Under the pieces are notes generated by a model. That model was not told the origin of the DNA. It saw nothing but the letters and a program-made list of their open reading frames with translations, and did no database searches. Below are positions 1 through 12,729 of a stretch of 64,000 nucleotides of DNA, piece after piece. Origin of the DNA: Octopus sinensis (lineage: Eukaryota); the NCBI RefSeq assembly GCF_006345805.1, contig NC_043000.1, positions 142,848,001 through 142,912,000 of the forward strand. Reading direction: 5' to 3'. How positions within the stretch are numbered: the first letter of the stretch is position 1; each line of letters opens with the position of its first letter. The position numbers were made by a program, and so were the translations under genes.

Positions 1-487
1 GATCGAGAGGGATAAAAATCAAACATCCACTCAACATCATGATGTTTGGAGTGATCACTAGTGATGGCGATGTTATGCCTCCATTCATCTTTCCACAGTC
101 TCAGATTCAACACAGAGGCCAGGAGGAGGTAATGCTACCCTGGGTCAAGGGGGTGGCTGCTGGAACACCCTGTGTCTGGCAACAGGACTCTGCACCAAGC
201 CACACAAGTAGGAGAACACAGTCATGGCTATCAGACAATTTCTACAACCACATCACCCCTAACATCTGGCCACCTAACTCCTCGCACTGCAAACCACTTG
301 ATTACTTGTGTAGGCTGCATTTGAGTGAGAGACCAACAAATCTCCTTGTTATACCAAAGAAGAACTGAAGGCAAGCATTATGTCAGCATTCCCCAACTTA
401 AACAAGGAGACCTTCCAGAAGAGTTGCAGAAGATTTCAAACTCGTCTAGAGGCCGTAATTAAAGCCAATAGCGATTTTATTGAATAA
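1..487 (+). pseudogene. C-terminal part of Tc1/mariner-superfamily transposase, DD37D (maT-type) spacing, frameshifted
   Basis: ORF 39-368 reads WQQDSAPSHTSRRTQSWLSDNF...WPPNSSHCKPLDY with 37 residues between the second and third catalytic D. After a frameshift it continues ...KSCRRFQTRLEAVIKANSDFIE* (stop 485-487). A probable 3' terminus lies near 1000-1022, beyond a SINE insertion. Confidence 0.85.
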
Positions 488-510
488 ATTTACTCTCTCT
501 CTCACTTTTC

Positions 511-906
511 TCTTTTACTTGTTTCAGTCATTTGACTGCGGCCATGCTGGAGCACCGCCTTTAGTCAAGCAAATCGACCCCGGGACTTATTCTTTGTAAG
601 CCCAGTACTTATTCTATCGGTCTCTTTTGCCGAACCGCTAAGTGACGGGGACGTAAACACACCAGCATCGGTTGTCAAGCAATGCTAGGGGGACAAACAC
701 AGACACACAAACACACACACATATATATATATATACATATATACGACAGGCTTCTTTCAGTTTCCGTCTACCAAATCCACTCACAAGGCATTGGTCAGCC
801 CGGGGCTATAGCAGAAGACACTTGCCCAAGATGCCACGCAGTGGGACTGAACCCGGAACCATGTGGCTGGTAAGCAAGCTACTTACCACACAGCCACTCC
901 TGCGCC
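511..906 (-). mobile_element. SINE family A (tRNA-like head + central domain + internal TA/CA microsatellite + tail)
   Basis: Reverse complement of the ~400-bp repeat starting GGCGCAGGAGTGGCTGTGTGGTAAG that recurs more than 10 times in the window. Confidence 0.9.
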
Positions 907-1155
907 TCTTTAGTATTTCAAGATATTTCTATGTAATCTTGGTAAATATACCTGCTAAAATGAGATGTCAGTGTTATTTTCATTTTGCATGATTTAGACG
1001 ACAATTCATTCACCAGACCCTATGTTTATATTTATATAATTTAAATTTAAAATGAGGGTGAAAAATTGGATATTAATTTCATTAAGATTCAATTTAAAAC
1101 CAGTGGTCTAGCATATTAAAATCTGATGGTTCAGAAAATTGTATTACATACATAT

Positions 1156-1436
1156 CAGAGGGATGACTACTATGTGGACAACCCTTATACTAGAAGTAGA
1201 TCCTCTATGGCCTTACCACTAAGGAATGTTCTCAAGAATATTTAGCAAACACCAGAACGTAAGCGAGCAAGACAAATGAAAAGTAAAAAAAATATAGATT
1301 AACCATAAACATGTTTCACTATTAACAGTTAACGTTCTGGTGTTTGCTAAATTTTCTTGAGAACATTCCTTAGTGGTAAGACCATAGCGGATCTACTTCT
1401 AGCATAAGGGTTGTCCACATAGTGGTCATCCCTCTC
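1156..1436. mobile_element. Foldback/MITE with ~105-bp terminal inverted repeats, flanked by ATAT
   Basis: 1156-1260 is the reverse complement of 1332-1436; ATAT at 1152-1155 and 1437-1440. Confidence 0.85.
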
Positions 1437-1442
1437 ATATGT

Positions 1443-1470
1443 ATATAGATAGATAGATAGATAGGTAGAC

Positions 1471-1526
<56 letters not shown>

Positions 1527-1540
1527 TGATAGATAGATAA
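1443..1540. repeat. (GATA)n microsatellite
   Basis: Direct inspection. Confidence 0.95.
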
Positions 1541-1876
1541 GTTTCTTTATTGGCCACACAGGGCTGCACACAGATGGGACAAATTACAAGGTAGAGCTTT
1601 TCTTTTGGGGGATGAAAAAAAAATGTGGCGTAGATTTTCGATCAAAAGGGATTGTAAAAGGGAAAAAAAAGAAGAAAAAAAGGGAAAGAAACAAAAGAAA
1701 AGAAAAAAGAAAAAAAAGAGAAAAAAGGGGAAGAGGAAAAAAAAACGATCAATAGGGATCGTGTATCACAGTGTCATGATGTACGGTGTAAAGGGGGAAG
1801 CAGATAAGGTTTATCCGCAGGAAGAAGAGCCTACGAAAAAGACCACGGTAACCTCGGTCAATATTGTTATATGTTA
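1541..1876 (-). mobile_element. Probable 3' end of a non-LTR element embedded in (GATA)n
   Basis: On the minus strand it ends ...GTGTGGCCAATAAAGAAACT followed by (TATC)n; GATA repeats also flank the other side (1877-1887); no ORF. Confidence 0.45.
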
Positions 1877-2301
1877 GATAGATAGATGACTGTTTGACAG
1901 ACCTTTATGTGAAACACTGAGAAACAGTTTGTGAAGCTTTTTCAGCTGCAATAAAAAACACATTTTAGTCCACATCTAGTATTTTCATCAGGTTTTGCAC
2001 CTGATGTGTGTGTGTGTGTGTGTGCATGTGCATGCGTGCACATGAGAATGTGAATGTGTGTGAGCATGTAAATGTGTATCCTTAATAATAAAAAGGTGGA
2101 TTATTTTTTCTTTTGTGTTTCAGTTCTGTTTTAACGATTGATATTTTGACGTTCGTGATGATTGTATTCAAGCATGTCCACCAAAGTAGTGATGTTCTTT
2201 ATTTCCAGTCTTCCGGGAAAACTATGGGGAAAGTTTCACAAGAAAATCCTCTCATACGAAAACTGCTTCAATGAATCAATCTATCTAGCTATCTATCTAG
2301 T

Positions 2302-2304
<3 letters not shown>

Positions 2305-2348
<44 letters not shown>

Positions 2349-2430
2349 GTATATATGTATATATGTATATATATGTATATATATATATATGTATTTATAT
2401 ATATGTATATATATATATGTATATATATAA
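2305..2430. repeat. (TA)n/(TATG)n microsatellite
   Basis: Direct inspection. Confidence 0.95.
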
Positions 2431-2696
2431 TAAATAAATATTCCTTTATTCCTTTGGAATGAAAACATGCTGTCTTCGAAACATGTGTCGAGAGTAAAGG
2501 AATTTTGTTAACATCTTCGTTCGACTCCATTCTTTCATTTATTCATATACAACACACAAATTTCTACACATGAACCCGGAGTTTCTACCCTTGACAGGTC
2601 GCTTCAACCGTGTTTTCTGACGTGAATTTGCTACCCAGGTTTCGGTTAAATGAATTTTCAATGCTGACGATAAACATAGGATAATTCATTCACCTA

Positions 2697-2730
<34 letters not shown>

Positions 2731-2837
2731 AAATAATGAGGGTCATAAATTGAATATTGATTTAATTAACATCAATTTAAAACAAGTAGCCTAGCATACA
2801 GAAAAATCCGAAAATTCAGAAAAATTTCTATACATGC

Positions 2838-2996
2838 GTATTATAGGGATAACCACTAAGTGGATATCCAATATGCTAGAAGAAGATCACTTACAATCTA
2901 ACTACAAAAAAATAATGTTCTCAAGAGAACATTCTTTTCATAAGTGAGCTTCTTCTAGCATACTGGATGTCCACTTAGTGGTTATCCCTATTATAC
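2838..2996. mobile_element. Internally deleted relative of the 1156-1436 foldback element
   Basis: ~50-bp arms GGGATAACCACTAAGTGG...CCACTTAGTGGTTATCCC resemble the 1156 arms; central AATGTTCTC-AA-GAGAACATT hairpin. Confidence 0.8.
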
Positions 2997-3164
2997 ATAC
3001 ATATATATATATCTATCTATCTATATATATATATGTGTGTGTATATATATATATGCGTATAATATATATATATATACACACATACAGGTTTTCATCAACC
3101 AAACTGATGAGTTTAAGCAAGAAACCACCCTAGAATATTCAGGAAGGATATGTGTGCAAGAAAG

Positions 3165-3330
3165 GTATGGCTGTATGGTTAATAAGCTCTTTAAGCACCC
3201 ATGTGCTATCAGGTTCAATCCAACTATATGAAATGCAAAATAAGTGTCTTATGATATAGCCTCAGACCAACCAGTGTTTTGTGAGTGAATTTAGTAGATG
3301 GAAACTGTGTAGCAGCCTTCTGTGTATATT
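3165..3330 (+). mobile_element. Decayed SINE A-like head and central domain
   Basis: Diverged match: tggctgtatggttaa...gtgagtgaatttagtagatggaaactg. Confidence 0.6.
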
Positions 3331-3689
3331 GTGTATGTGTGTGCCTTTGTTTCACTTGAGACCATAGAAGATGACATTTGACAATGGAGCCACAATATGG
3401 TAGTGAACCCCAAAACCATGTTGTTGTGAAACAAGCTGCTTAACCACACAGCCAAGCTTGTATCAAGGAACAATTACAAACATACATACATACATACATA
3501 CATGCATATATACATGTGTGTGTATATATATATATATATATTTGTGTGTGTGTTTATGAGTTATATAAAGGAGAATATACAGAAACACACACATTTATAT
3601 ACACTTATACAGGTATATATGTATAATGCATAATCTATAACATAGATATACTTAATCTATAGCATATATAGATATACATAATTGATTTT

Positions 3690-3724
3690 ACACACACACA
3701 CAAACACACACAAACACACACACA

Positions 3725-3779
<55 letters not shown>

Positions 3780-3872
3780 CATCATCATCATCATTATCAT
3801 CATTATCATCATCATCATCATCATCATTATCATCATTATCATCATCATCATCATCATCATTATCATCATCAT
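3690..3872. repeat. Compound (CA)n-(TA)n-(ATC)n microsatellite
   Basis: Direct inspection. Confidence 0.95.
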
Positions 3873-4527
3873 ACATATATATTCACATATGTTGAATGCT
3901 TTGCCAAATACAATATATATTAATAATAATAAAGCTTCCGGAAATATAGGAATAAAAGTGCACAGACAATTGGCTTTAGAATTGTCTTCCTCTTTCCATA
4001 ATTCCTATTAGTGCTTCATTAGTCCTATTGTCTGAAAAAAAAAAGGAAAAAAAGAATAACTAGAAAGAAAAATCAAATCTGTCTATAACAACTTTGTAAA
4101 CATCGGAAATCAATCTCTTATCATTTTTCTTTTGTAGTATTTTCTAGTTTTACTTATCATACATCTTCCAAAACAGAAGTTTGTGCAGGAGTTTGTGTCT
4201 GCATATTCATATGCGTGTCAGTTTGTGAGGTGAGGGTAATTTTGTATAAGAGTATATGAAATTGCCTGTTTACGTATGTATAAATAGTGTCATCATAATC
4301 ATCGATATTATCAAATGTTATAACATGCAATTCTATATGCTAGATTATTCTGGATGGTTCCACTATATTTACATATCGCAACTTGGTTCTGATGTTTGTC
4401 ATCTCATGTGTAAGATATGTCCTCAGCATCCTCTTTAATAACTTCATCTTACTTCTTTTATTTGTTTCAGTCATTAGGCTGTGGCCATGCTGGAGTAGTT
4501 GCCTTGAAGGATTATTTCATCACCACC

Positions 4528-4875
4528 ATCATCATCATCCGTTTAACGTTGGTTTTCCATGCTAGCATGGGTTGGACGGGTCGACCAGGGTCTGGGAATC
4601 CAGGAGACTGCGCCAGGCTCCAGTCTGATCTGGCAGTGTTTCTACAGCTGGATGCCCTTCCTAACACCAACCACTCCATGAGTGTAGTGGGTGCTTTTTG
4701 CATGCCAGGGGAGGCTAGCAACGGCCATGATCGTTTGGTGCTTTTTACGTGCCACCGGCATGGAAGCCAGTCAAGGCGGCACTGGCATCGACCACGTACA
4801 GATGGTGCATTTTACGTGCCACCGGCACAGGTGCCGGAGTAGGCTGGCAATGGCCACAATCGATTGGTGCTTTTT
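4528..4875 (-). mobile_element. RTE-type LINE 3' end (family C, (ATG)n tail)
   Basis: Reverse complement of ...GGAAGGGCATCCAGCTGTAGAAAC...CCAACCCATGCTAGCATGGAAA...GTTAAACG(ATG)n, the same 3' sequence that follows RT-coding remnants at 48.7-49.6 kb and 34.2-35.0 kb. Confidence 0.8.
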
Positions 4876-6083
4876 AGTTAAACAAATTGATAACAGGACT
4901 TATTTTTAATGCTATCACTTATTGTATTGCTCTCTCTTCTTGAACTGCTAAATTACAGGGATGTAAACAAACCAACACCAGTCAGTGGGGAAGCCAAAAA
5001 ACATAAAAACACATTCATACACACAAAAACACACATGCTCACATAATCACACACATACATACACACAACAGTCTTCTACACAGTTTCCATCTACTAAATT
5101 CACTCACAAAACATCGTTTAGTCTAAAGTTATAGTATAAGACAGTAATTCTAATTTCCACATAGAGCGATTGAACCTGAAAGCATATGGGTACATAACGA
5201 GTTTCTTAACCATGCAGCCATATTTTTCTTACACACACACCCTCAATAATCTAGGGCACTTTCTGGCTTGTGCACCATTGGAACAAAATGCTGTTTCCTT
5301 CCATCCCAGCCAATTATTTTCCTAATGAAATTAATTCAAAGATATTGAAACATTATCCATCTTACTTATCTTCAAGGGACTATAATTGGGATATAAAGGT
5401 TCTTACATTCTTTGACTTACTTAGTGAAAATACATTATTATCCACCTCGTTTTTTTACATACCTTCGTTAAAGCCTAAAAGGTCCAACCAAATCAGTACT
5501 CTGCCTTCCATATTTGTCATTGAGCATAATCCTTTTTGAGTATGAATGTCTGTGTATACACTCTACCTTCTCTCTCTTCATTTAAGACAAGACCAAGAGG
5601 ATTAATTGAAGAGAGCACAGAGACAGAAGTATTGCAATGAAATAGTAAAAATGAGAGCATGGTTGAAGAAGCATCACAATAGGAAGGAGAGTGCTAGGGG
5701 AGGGTGTATTAGAAGAGACACAATAATTACAGCTACACTATTTTCATTGACTAATGAGAGTGAAGAAAAATACTACTTGGGTAGCATAATGGGGAAGAGA
5801 GAATGGAAGAGTTTGAGAGGTAGTGGTATAGAAAGGATTTGAAAAGAGAGTAGAGACTTAGGTGGGATGTAATGTGAGAGAGCAATGGATAACAATATGG
5901 GTAATGATGAGCAAGAGAGAGCACACATGGATGATAGTAAAAAAAGGTGATTGCAAGAGAAAGACTAATTGGTGTCAATTACAAGGCAGGTGAGGTAGAT
6001 GGAGTGATAGCTGGCAGGAGCTGGCGGGGAGGTGGAGTGATAGTTAGCAGTACAGAATGCTGAAGATGGGGTAGATTCATTAA

Positions 6084-6304
6084 CCCTTTCATTACCATAT
6101 TTATTTTGAGATGCTCTGTATTTCATTCAATTAATTTTAAATCTAATAAAGAATTTAGTAAAATAACTTAGTTATCATTAAGCTAGTGTTAGGAACATAA
6201 ATTGTGACTAAGGTTTGGTGGAAGATTTTAATTCAATACTTATGAAAAAAGACATTTGTACTACAGAGCCAGAGGTGGTTTTGGCCAGGTTGGTTACAAA
6301 AGGG
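6084..6304. mobile_element. piggyBac-type MITE
   Basis: TTAA|CCCTTTC...AAAGGG|TTAA; same ~220-bp element at 8217 and 37396. Confidence 0.85.
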
Positions 6305-6599
6305 TTAAAGAGAGATCCAATACCAGCCATTATTTGGCAGGTATTATGATCAGAGGGAGGTACATTAATAAGAGGGGAGACATACAAATCCAATGTCATT
6401 CATCAATACACAGGCTGCATGGTACAATGAACGGGAGAGAAAGAGACAGTGAGTGAATAATGAAGAGAGGGTAGTAACAGAGACTTAACAGAAAAATAAT
6501 TTGCAAGAAACTGAGATGTAAATATATATTATACATCCAAGCCTCCCTCATTTCTAATATATTTATGTATGTTTTTCCATGCTTGCATGAATGATTAGG

Positions 6600-7128
6600 T
6601 TTCCTTCAGTACTGCACGTCCCTATGTGTCTTAGTCCTTGGCCTCTACTTCTTGTGGTACAGCATCTTTAGATCTGTCTTCATTACTTCATTCCATTTCT
6701 TCTAGTTGACTTCTTCCACTGGTTTCATTCATTTTGAGTGCTTGGCTTCTAATACAACTAACGCCCTCCATATACATCACATGCCATGCCTGTACCATCG
6801 TAGTTGTCTCTCTTGAACACTACATCGGATTCCTCTTATATACAGATTTTCTCTTCGTTCACTTCTCTTCTCTCATTCAGGCACACAAACATTACACACT
6901 CAACAGAGCATGTTTGTTTCATTTCTTTCTACTCCTCACAAATCTTCTGCATTCAAAGCTCACGTTTCACTACTGCAGCATCATACTTCCTTTAAAAGCA
7001 ACATACACTCTCCCTTTCACTCTAAAAGAGAAATAATTCTTTTGCATCAGCAAAGATAATACTATACTGAATATTTTCCAACCTATCTTAGCCTAACTTA
7101 AATGCTTTCGGTACACTCGTCTCCACAG
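6600..7128 (-). pseudogene. Decayed RTE-clade LINE ORF C-terminus
   Basis: Interrupted minus-strand translation includes RVKGRVY, RGIRCSVQERQLRWY, HVMYME, WNEVMKTDLKML, homologous to the 48.7 kb copy. Confidence 0.75.
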
Positions 7129-7176
7129 TATGAAGTTTCTTCACAATTCTTCACAACAACACAATTCTTCAACATG

Positions 7177-7582
7177 GGTGCAGGAGTGACCGTGTGGTAA
7201 GTAGCTTGCTTACCAACCACATGGTTCCAGGTTCAGTCCCACTGCGTGGCATCTTGGGCAAGCGTCTCCCACTATAGCCTCGGGCTGACCAAAGCCTTGT
7301 GAGTGGATTTGGTAGACGGAAACTGAAAGAAGCCCGTCATATATATGTATATATATATATATATGTGTTTGTGTATATGTTTGTGTGTCTGTGTTTGTCC
7401 CCCTAACATTGCTTGACAACCGATGCTGGTGTGTTTATGTCCCGTCACTTAGCAGTTCGGCAAAAAGAGACCGATAGAATAAGTACTGAGCTTACAAAAA
7501 GAATAAGTCCCGGGGTCGATTTGCTCGACTAAAGGCGGTGCTCCAGCATGGCCGCAGTCAAATGACTGAAACAAGTAAAACT
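7177..7582 (+). mobile_element. SINE family A, full length
   Basis: Match to the other family A copies across head, central domain, microsatellite and tail. Confidence 0.9.
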
Positions 7583-8216
7583 TGGATGCTTAGAAAGAAT
7601 AAATAAAGAATGAGCTGCTGCACTCACAAACAACACATAACAAAGACAAATATCAGTCATAACATTTCTCAAGTCGGATTGAATTGAAAAGAAACTCTAA
7701 TCTGAAGACTTGATATTACCTTTTCAGGTTCATTGAACATTAACTCAGCACTGCAAGCTAATACACCTTGTAAATCAAATAGTTCTTTTGATTTCTTTTA
7801 ACTACAGCTATAAAATTTACCTGTGATAACAATTTAGAATCAGCTTGCCCCTTTCTTGAGTATCTCACTATGAGAACTGGAATTGACTGATGGCAGAGCA
7901 CATCCGCAGTTGACAAATAGAGTTGCTTTCAAATATGAGGATTAGCTTCAAAAGGTCACAATCAAATAAGCTGACAAAGGCCAACAGCTGAAGGTTTACT
8001 CTGAGGAGAAGTGTCAACAGGTGACACAATTGATTCAGGAAAACTCAATTCTAATGATGAGTTTGTGGCAAGGCAAGTTTGGCCACTTTTGAATAAGCTT
8101 AATCTTATGGAAGAAGCTACATATGTATTCATGGCAGCTGGAAGAACCAAACTATTTGGCCAGCAATAGTTACAGAATAGTAGGGGTAAGTCGGTAATCC
8201 TGATCTTGGTTTTTAT

Positions 8217-8437
8217 CCCTTTCGTTACTGTATTTATTTTGAGATGTTCTGTGTTTCTTTCAATTACTTTAAATATAACAAAGAATTTAGTAAAATAACT
8301 TAGTTATCATTAAGCTTGTATTAGGAACATACATTGTGACTAAGGTTTGGTGGAAGATTTTAATTGAAACCTTAAGAAAATAAGACATTTGTACAACAGA
8401 GCCAGAGCTGGTTTCAGCCAGGTTGGTAACAAAAGGG
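8217..8437. mobile_element. piggyBac-type MITE with TTAT target duplication
   Basis: TTAT|CCCTTTCG...AAAAGGG|TTAT. Confidence 0.85.
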
Positions 8438-9091
8438 TTATACAGCAGTTCAGCCAGAGGAACAATCAGCAGGGAGTCATTCAACAAACAGAGATCAGTA
8501 GTCCACTGTAGTTGACACTACTTCAAGTATTGTGAATTCCCTGCCTTTAGCACTGGGGGTCTTGTCTTGGCCATGGACACAAAATCATACTGGTGTAGTG
8601 AATGAACCATTTGCCTTCTTGCTTACAGTCTTTTATAAGCTGCTCCAACGATGTTAAAGCAAATAATAATATATTGATGTTATATAATATCAAATTACAA
8701 ATTTACATTGAGGATGTTTTTCACTGAAATAGATTTAGACAGTCAATGAAAGTGTTGAAGGTAAGAAACAAGAGGATTACAGTGAAAGAAACAAAAGATG
8801 GTGCTGTATTGAAAGCTTAGTAAAACGATTCTGTGTAAAAGAAATTTCTTTTCTGTACACATGGTGATTGAATTGTTCTGAAGGCTGGACTGCTTCTGTA
8901 AATATCATTAAAGAAAATCCTCCTAACATCAATGAATTCAATTCTTTGTACAATATCAAATAGACTACTTGTTTCAGTCTACTTAGGTGGAAAATACACA
9001 CAAGTCCTACTTCATAGGTTGATAAAAGTTATAAAAATAACTGCTCCAATAGTTCAGGAGAAACAACAAAAGCTACGAGAATACAAAGATG

Positions 9092-9132
<41 letters not shown>

Positions 9133-9855
9133 AAAATGCTGTAAATGAAGAAGTAAGCGTTTAAAGTAAAAAACAGAAGTATATGCTAATGGATTAGTTA
9201 TCAGAGGTGGTGGCAGGCTATGTTTGTTAATATTTCCTAAGGACACAGAGGTGGGAATTACTTTCGTTTTAAATGTCAGATGGTAATCACAGTGCAACTG
9301 TGATTAATAAGGTTCACTTTCTTGAGATCTAAATGTGGTTCAATAATGTTTTAGCCTTTTTTTTAGATAACCTATGCTATACACATGCGTGCACACACAC
9401 ACACACACAGCCACATATACATACACATGCACAAATATATCATAACTGTGGTTATTGAGGTATGCAAATCACTGACTGTTTCTGAGCAAAATAGTTAGTA
9501 TCTTAAAATATCCGCAGAGGTGTAACACTTTTAATACGCCTTGATAAATCTTTGACTCTGCATATCTGATATAACATTGAATGCTGGGATACATATCTCA
9601 TGATCTGTTGTGATGTAACAATCGTGTTTTTAATTGAAACACCAATGTTCTCCCACTTATTCTGAGTTAGAAAAAAAAAAGTCTTTATTCAAGTCAGTTT
9701 AAAAATTGACTTTAGTAGAGTTGTTTGAAACTCCATTATAAATCAAGTGACTGAACTTAATTAATTGTTCTTACTTGATAATTAATTAAGCTTGATAGAG
9801 TAATGATATTATGCCATTCTGTATGTTCTTGGGAATTATAAAGTTTGGATAACTA

Positions 9856-10087
9856 AGGCGGCGAGCTGGCAGAAACGTTAGCACGCCAGGCGAAATGCTT
9901 AGCGGTATTTCGTCTGTTATTATGTTCTGTGCTCAAATTCCACCAAGGTCGACTTTGCCTTTCATCCTTTCGGGGTCGATAAATAAAGTACCAGTTTTGC
10001 ACTGGGGTCGATGTAGTCGACTCAATCCCTTTGTCTGTCCATGTTTGTCCCCTCTATGTTTAGCCCCTTGTGGGTAGTAGAGAAATA
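9856..10087 (+). mobile_element. SINE family B (tRNA-like head, Nin/Deu-like domain) with 18-bp TSD
   Basis: Contains GCCTTTCATCCTTTCGGGGTCGATAAA; TSD TATAAAGTTTGGATAACT at 9837-9854 and 10088-10105. Confidence 0.9.
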
Positions 10088-11404
10088 TATAAAGTTTGGA
10101 TAACTCTGGAGAAAGACATGATTTCAAAAGTTTCTATAAATGGTTTATTCAATGGTTCCCCTTAACCTTTGACTTCATCTTGAACTTTCAGCTTGTAACT
10201 TTACACTAGCTCTCAGGCAGAGTAATATCAAGCAATCAAACAGATATTGTTGGTATAAGACAGTCACTGATATGGTTGCAAAAGTCAGGACAATAATTGT
10301 GAACTTCCAGATAATTTTCCTTCCTTGATAATTTAACCTACTATAATTACTCTGTATGTTCACCAATGGTCGTAGTATTTGAATTGTCTGTTTTTATGTA
10401 CATATTTACTTCAGGCTGAAGAAGCATTTGAAAAACTTGACAACTCTTGAAATTTTGTAAGCTATATCTTTATTGAGGACATTGTGACATTTTGTATTAT
10501 TATACTGCTGATGTTCACACATTCTCTGTTGTTCAACTTTAAGCTACACTAAATTTAATCAGATAAGAACCCAACCATCTTTAAAATTTCTAGTCTGTTT
10601 ATATTTTTATATAAAATAATAATCAATTTCCAGGTCTTTTATTCTCTCTTCTGCTACTCTGTTTCCAAAAATTAATTTCCTCAGATACATAAAAGTAACA
10701 TAACACTTCTATTCATGGCATTAAGATTAAAGTTGTAATGTTAAATGTGTAATAAAACTTCACCAATATTGCAAAACAGTGGGCTGTTGATATCTCTCTT
10801 AATTGAAAGTTGACGGTAACTTGGAAATTAGAAAGAGGATCCCAAACCGAAAACAAATTATTGACTTTTATTCAGTACAGTATATCTTATAATTAATTTG
10901 GATATTAGTTCCTTAGCCATTGTCTGTTCTAGAAAAAAGTGACTGTTTTGTATCAAACAAAGGAAACCAGCAACTTAACAAAAATTGCTTGAAATGCGGC
11001 TGATGGGTCAGCAGAACCCTTATTACTAATGTAAGTAAGAAGTCATTGATCATGACTTCTTACTTCAAGGATAAATTCCAATGGCTAAAGCAGTGTTTCT
11101 CAAACTTCTGGGTTTTTTTTCTTTCGTTTCTGTGACTTATTTCAAGCACCCTACACTAAATGAACAAAGTATATAGCATATTTATATTCAGAAAACGTTT
11201 TAACTAAAGCATTATTTCCAGTTTTATTTAACTTGTTATTTACATCATGTTCTGAAGTGCCACATACCACTGAAATACTGCCATGCTGTGATGTGTGCCT
11301 CACCTTGAAAAACACAGGATTAAACTGAATTAGTAACTTTAAATTCTAGGTTAAAATTTTATATTAAATTAAGTAAATTTTCTTTTAATGAGCATGTTCA
11401 GAAC

Positions 11405-11600
11405 ATCATCATCATCATCATCATTGTTCAACGTCCGTTTTCTGCGCTACCACGGGTTGGACGGTTCGACCGGGTTCTGGGAAGACAGGGGCTACACCAG
11501 GCTCCAGTCTGATTTGGCAGTGTTTCTACAGCTGGATACCTTTCCTAACGCCAACCACTCCGCGAGTGTAGTGGGTGCTTTTTACGTGCCACCTGCACAC
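11405..11600 (-). mobile_element. RTE-type 3' end (family C)
   Basis: catcatcatc...aacgtccgttttc...gtgggtgctttttacgtgccacc. Confidence 0.8.
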
Positions 11601-12729
11601 GTAAAAAATAGGACATTAATGATTTCAATTCAATTATTCAACTGGGCTAATCAACAACAAAAGAAAAATTACTAAATTCAGTAAAATGAACATATTACTA
11701 CAAGATGGTAAGGTACTAGGACAAATTTTATAATAGTAAAGGTGCCCTTGAATGAGTTAACCACAGTTTATTATTGGTACACGTTTTATTGATCTAGGAA
11801 AGATGAAAATCAAATGATAGCACAGACAGTATTTGAATTAACAAAATCATATGTATCTGTAATAAAGCACCTAAATAGACACATTATGATCAACATGTTT
11901 TCAACAGGATTACATGATGTTCATGACTTGCTCGTGTTTAGTAGATATGCAAAACTGAAATAGGCACAACCAGGTATTGAAATAGTGTCATCAAGAGCTT
12001 GCATTTCCTTTGATATTATTTGTAGACCACATTAGAAATACTTGCATCAGCACTCAGAGGATTAATAATTTTATTCAAATTCAAATTTGCCACTGTCAAC
12101 TTCATTTAGTTCTTTAGAATGTTAAAATCTCTGTAGTTCTGACTATACAAGAGAAAACCACAGACAACAAATAAATACATAATATTACTTTACTCCTAGA
12201 GCTTCAGAACTAATTTGGAAAACATTTTATCACTGCTAACTCACCAGAATTATATTTAAAGTCTACACTGGTGTCAGTAAGTTGTGAATTCATACAACAT
12301 TGCATGACATCAGTATTATATGTCAACTAAACCATACTATACACATGCTAATAAGAATATGCATAACTGATATTGTGCGACGTCTTAACAAAAGAATCAT
12401 TTCTACCTTCTATGTTATTTCTTCTTTGCTTGTTTGCAAAGAAGAAATTGTCCATTTGTTATCCTCACTCTTCAGGAACTTCCATAAATTTCCATATCTT
12501 GCCTCAAAGCATTGCAACATAAAGGAATTTTCATGGTTGAGTGTTTAATTTCAATGAATTCATTTTCTATACGTAGTCTGTGTCACTTTGTTCTGTGTGT
12601 GTGTGTGTGTTTGTGTCGGTGTATGAGCATATAGCTATCTGTTCAAATATAGAATCTCAAAGATATATTTATATTTATATGTAAGCATGGTCTCTCACAC
12701 ACTCATACAGCCATCATGTTATATATTGC

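Noticed and set aside
3105-3130. CTGATGA...GAAAC motif
   Set aside because: No valid stem II, stem III or stem I pairing
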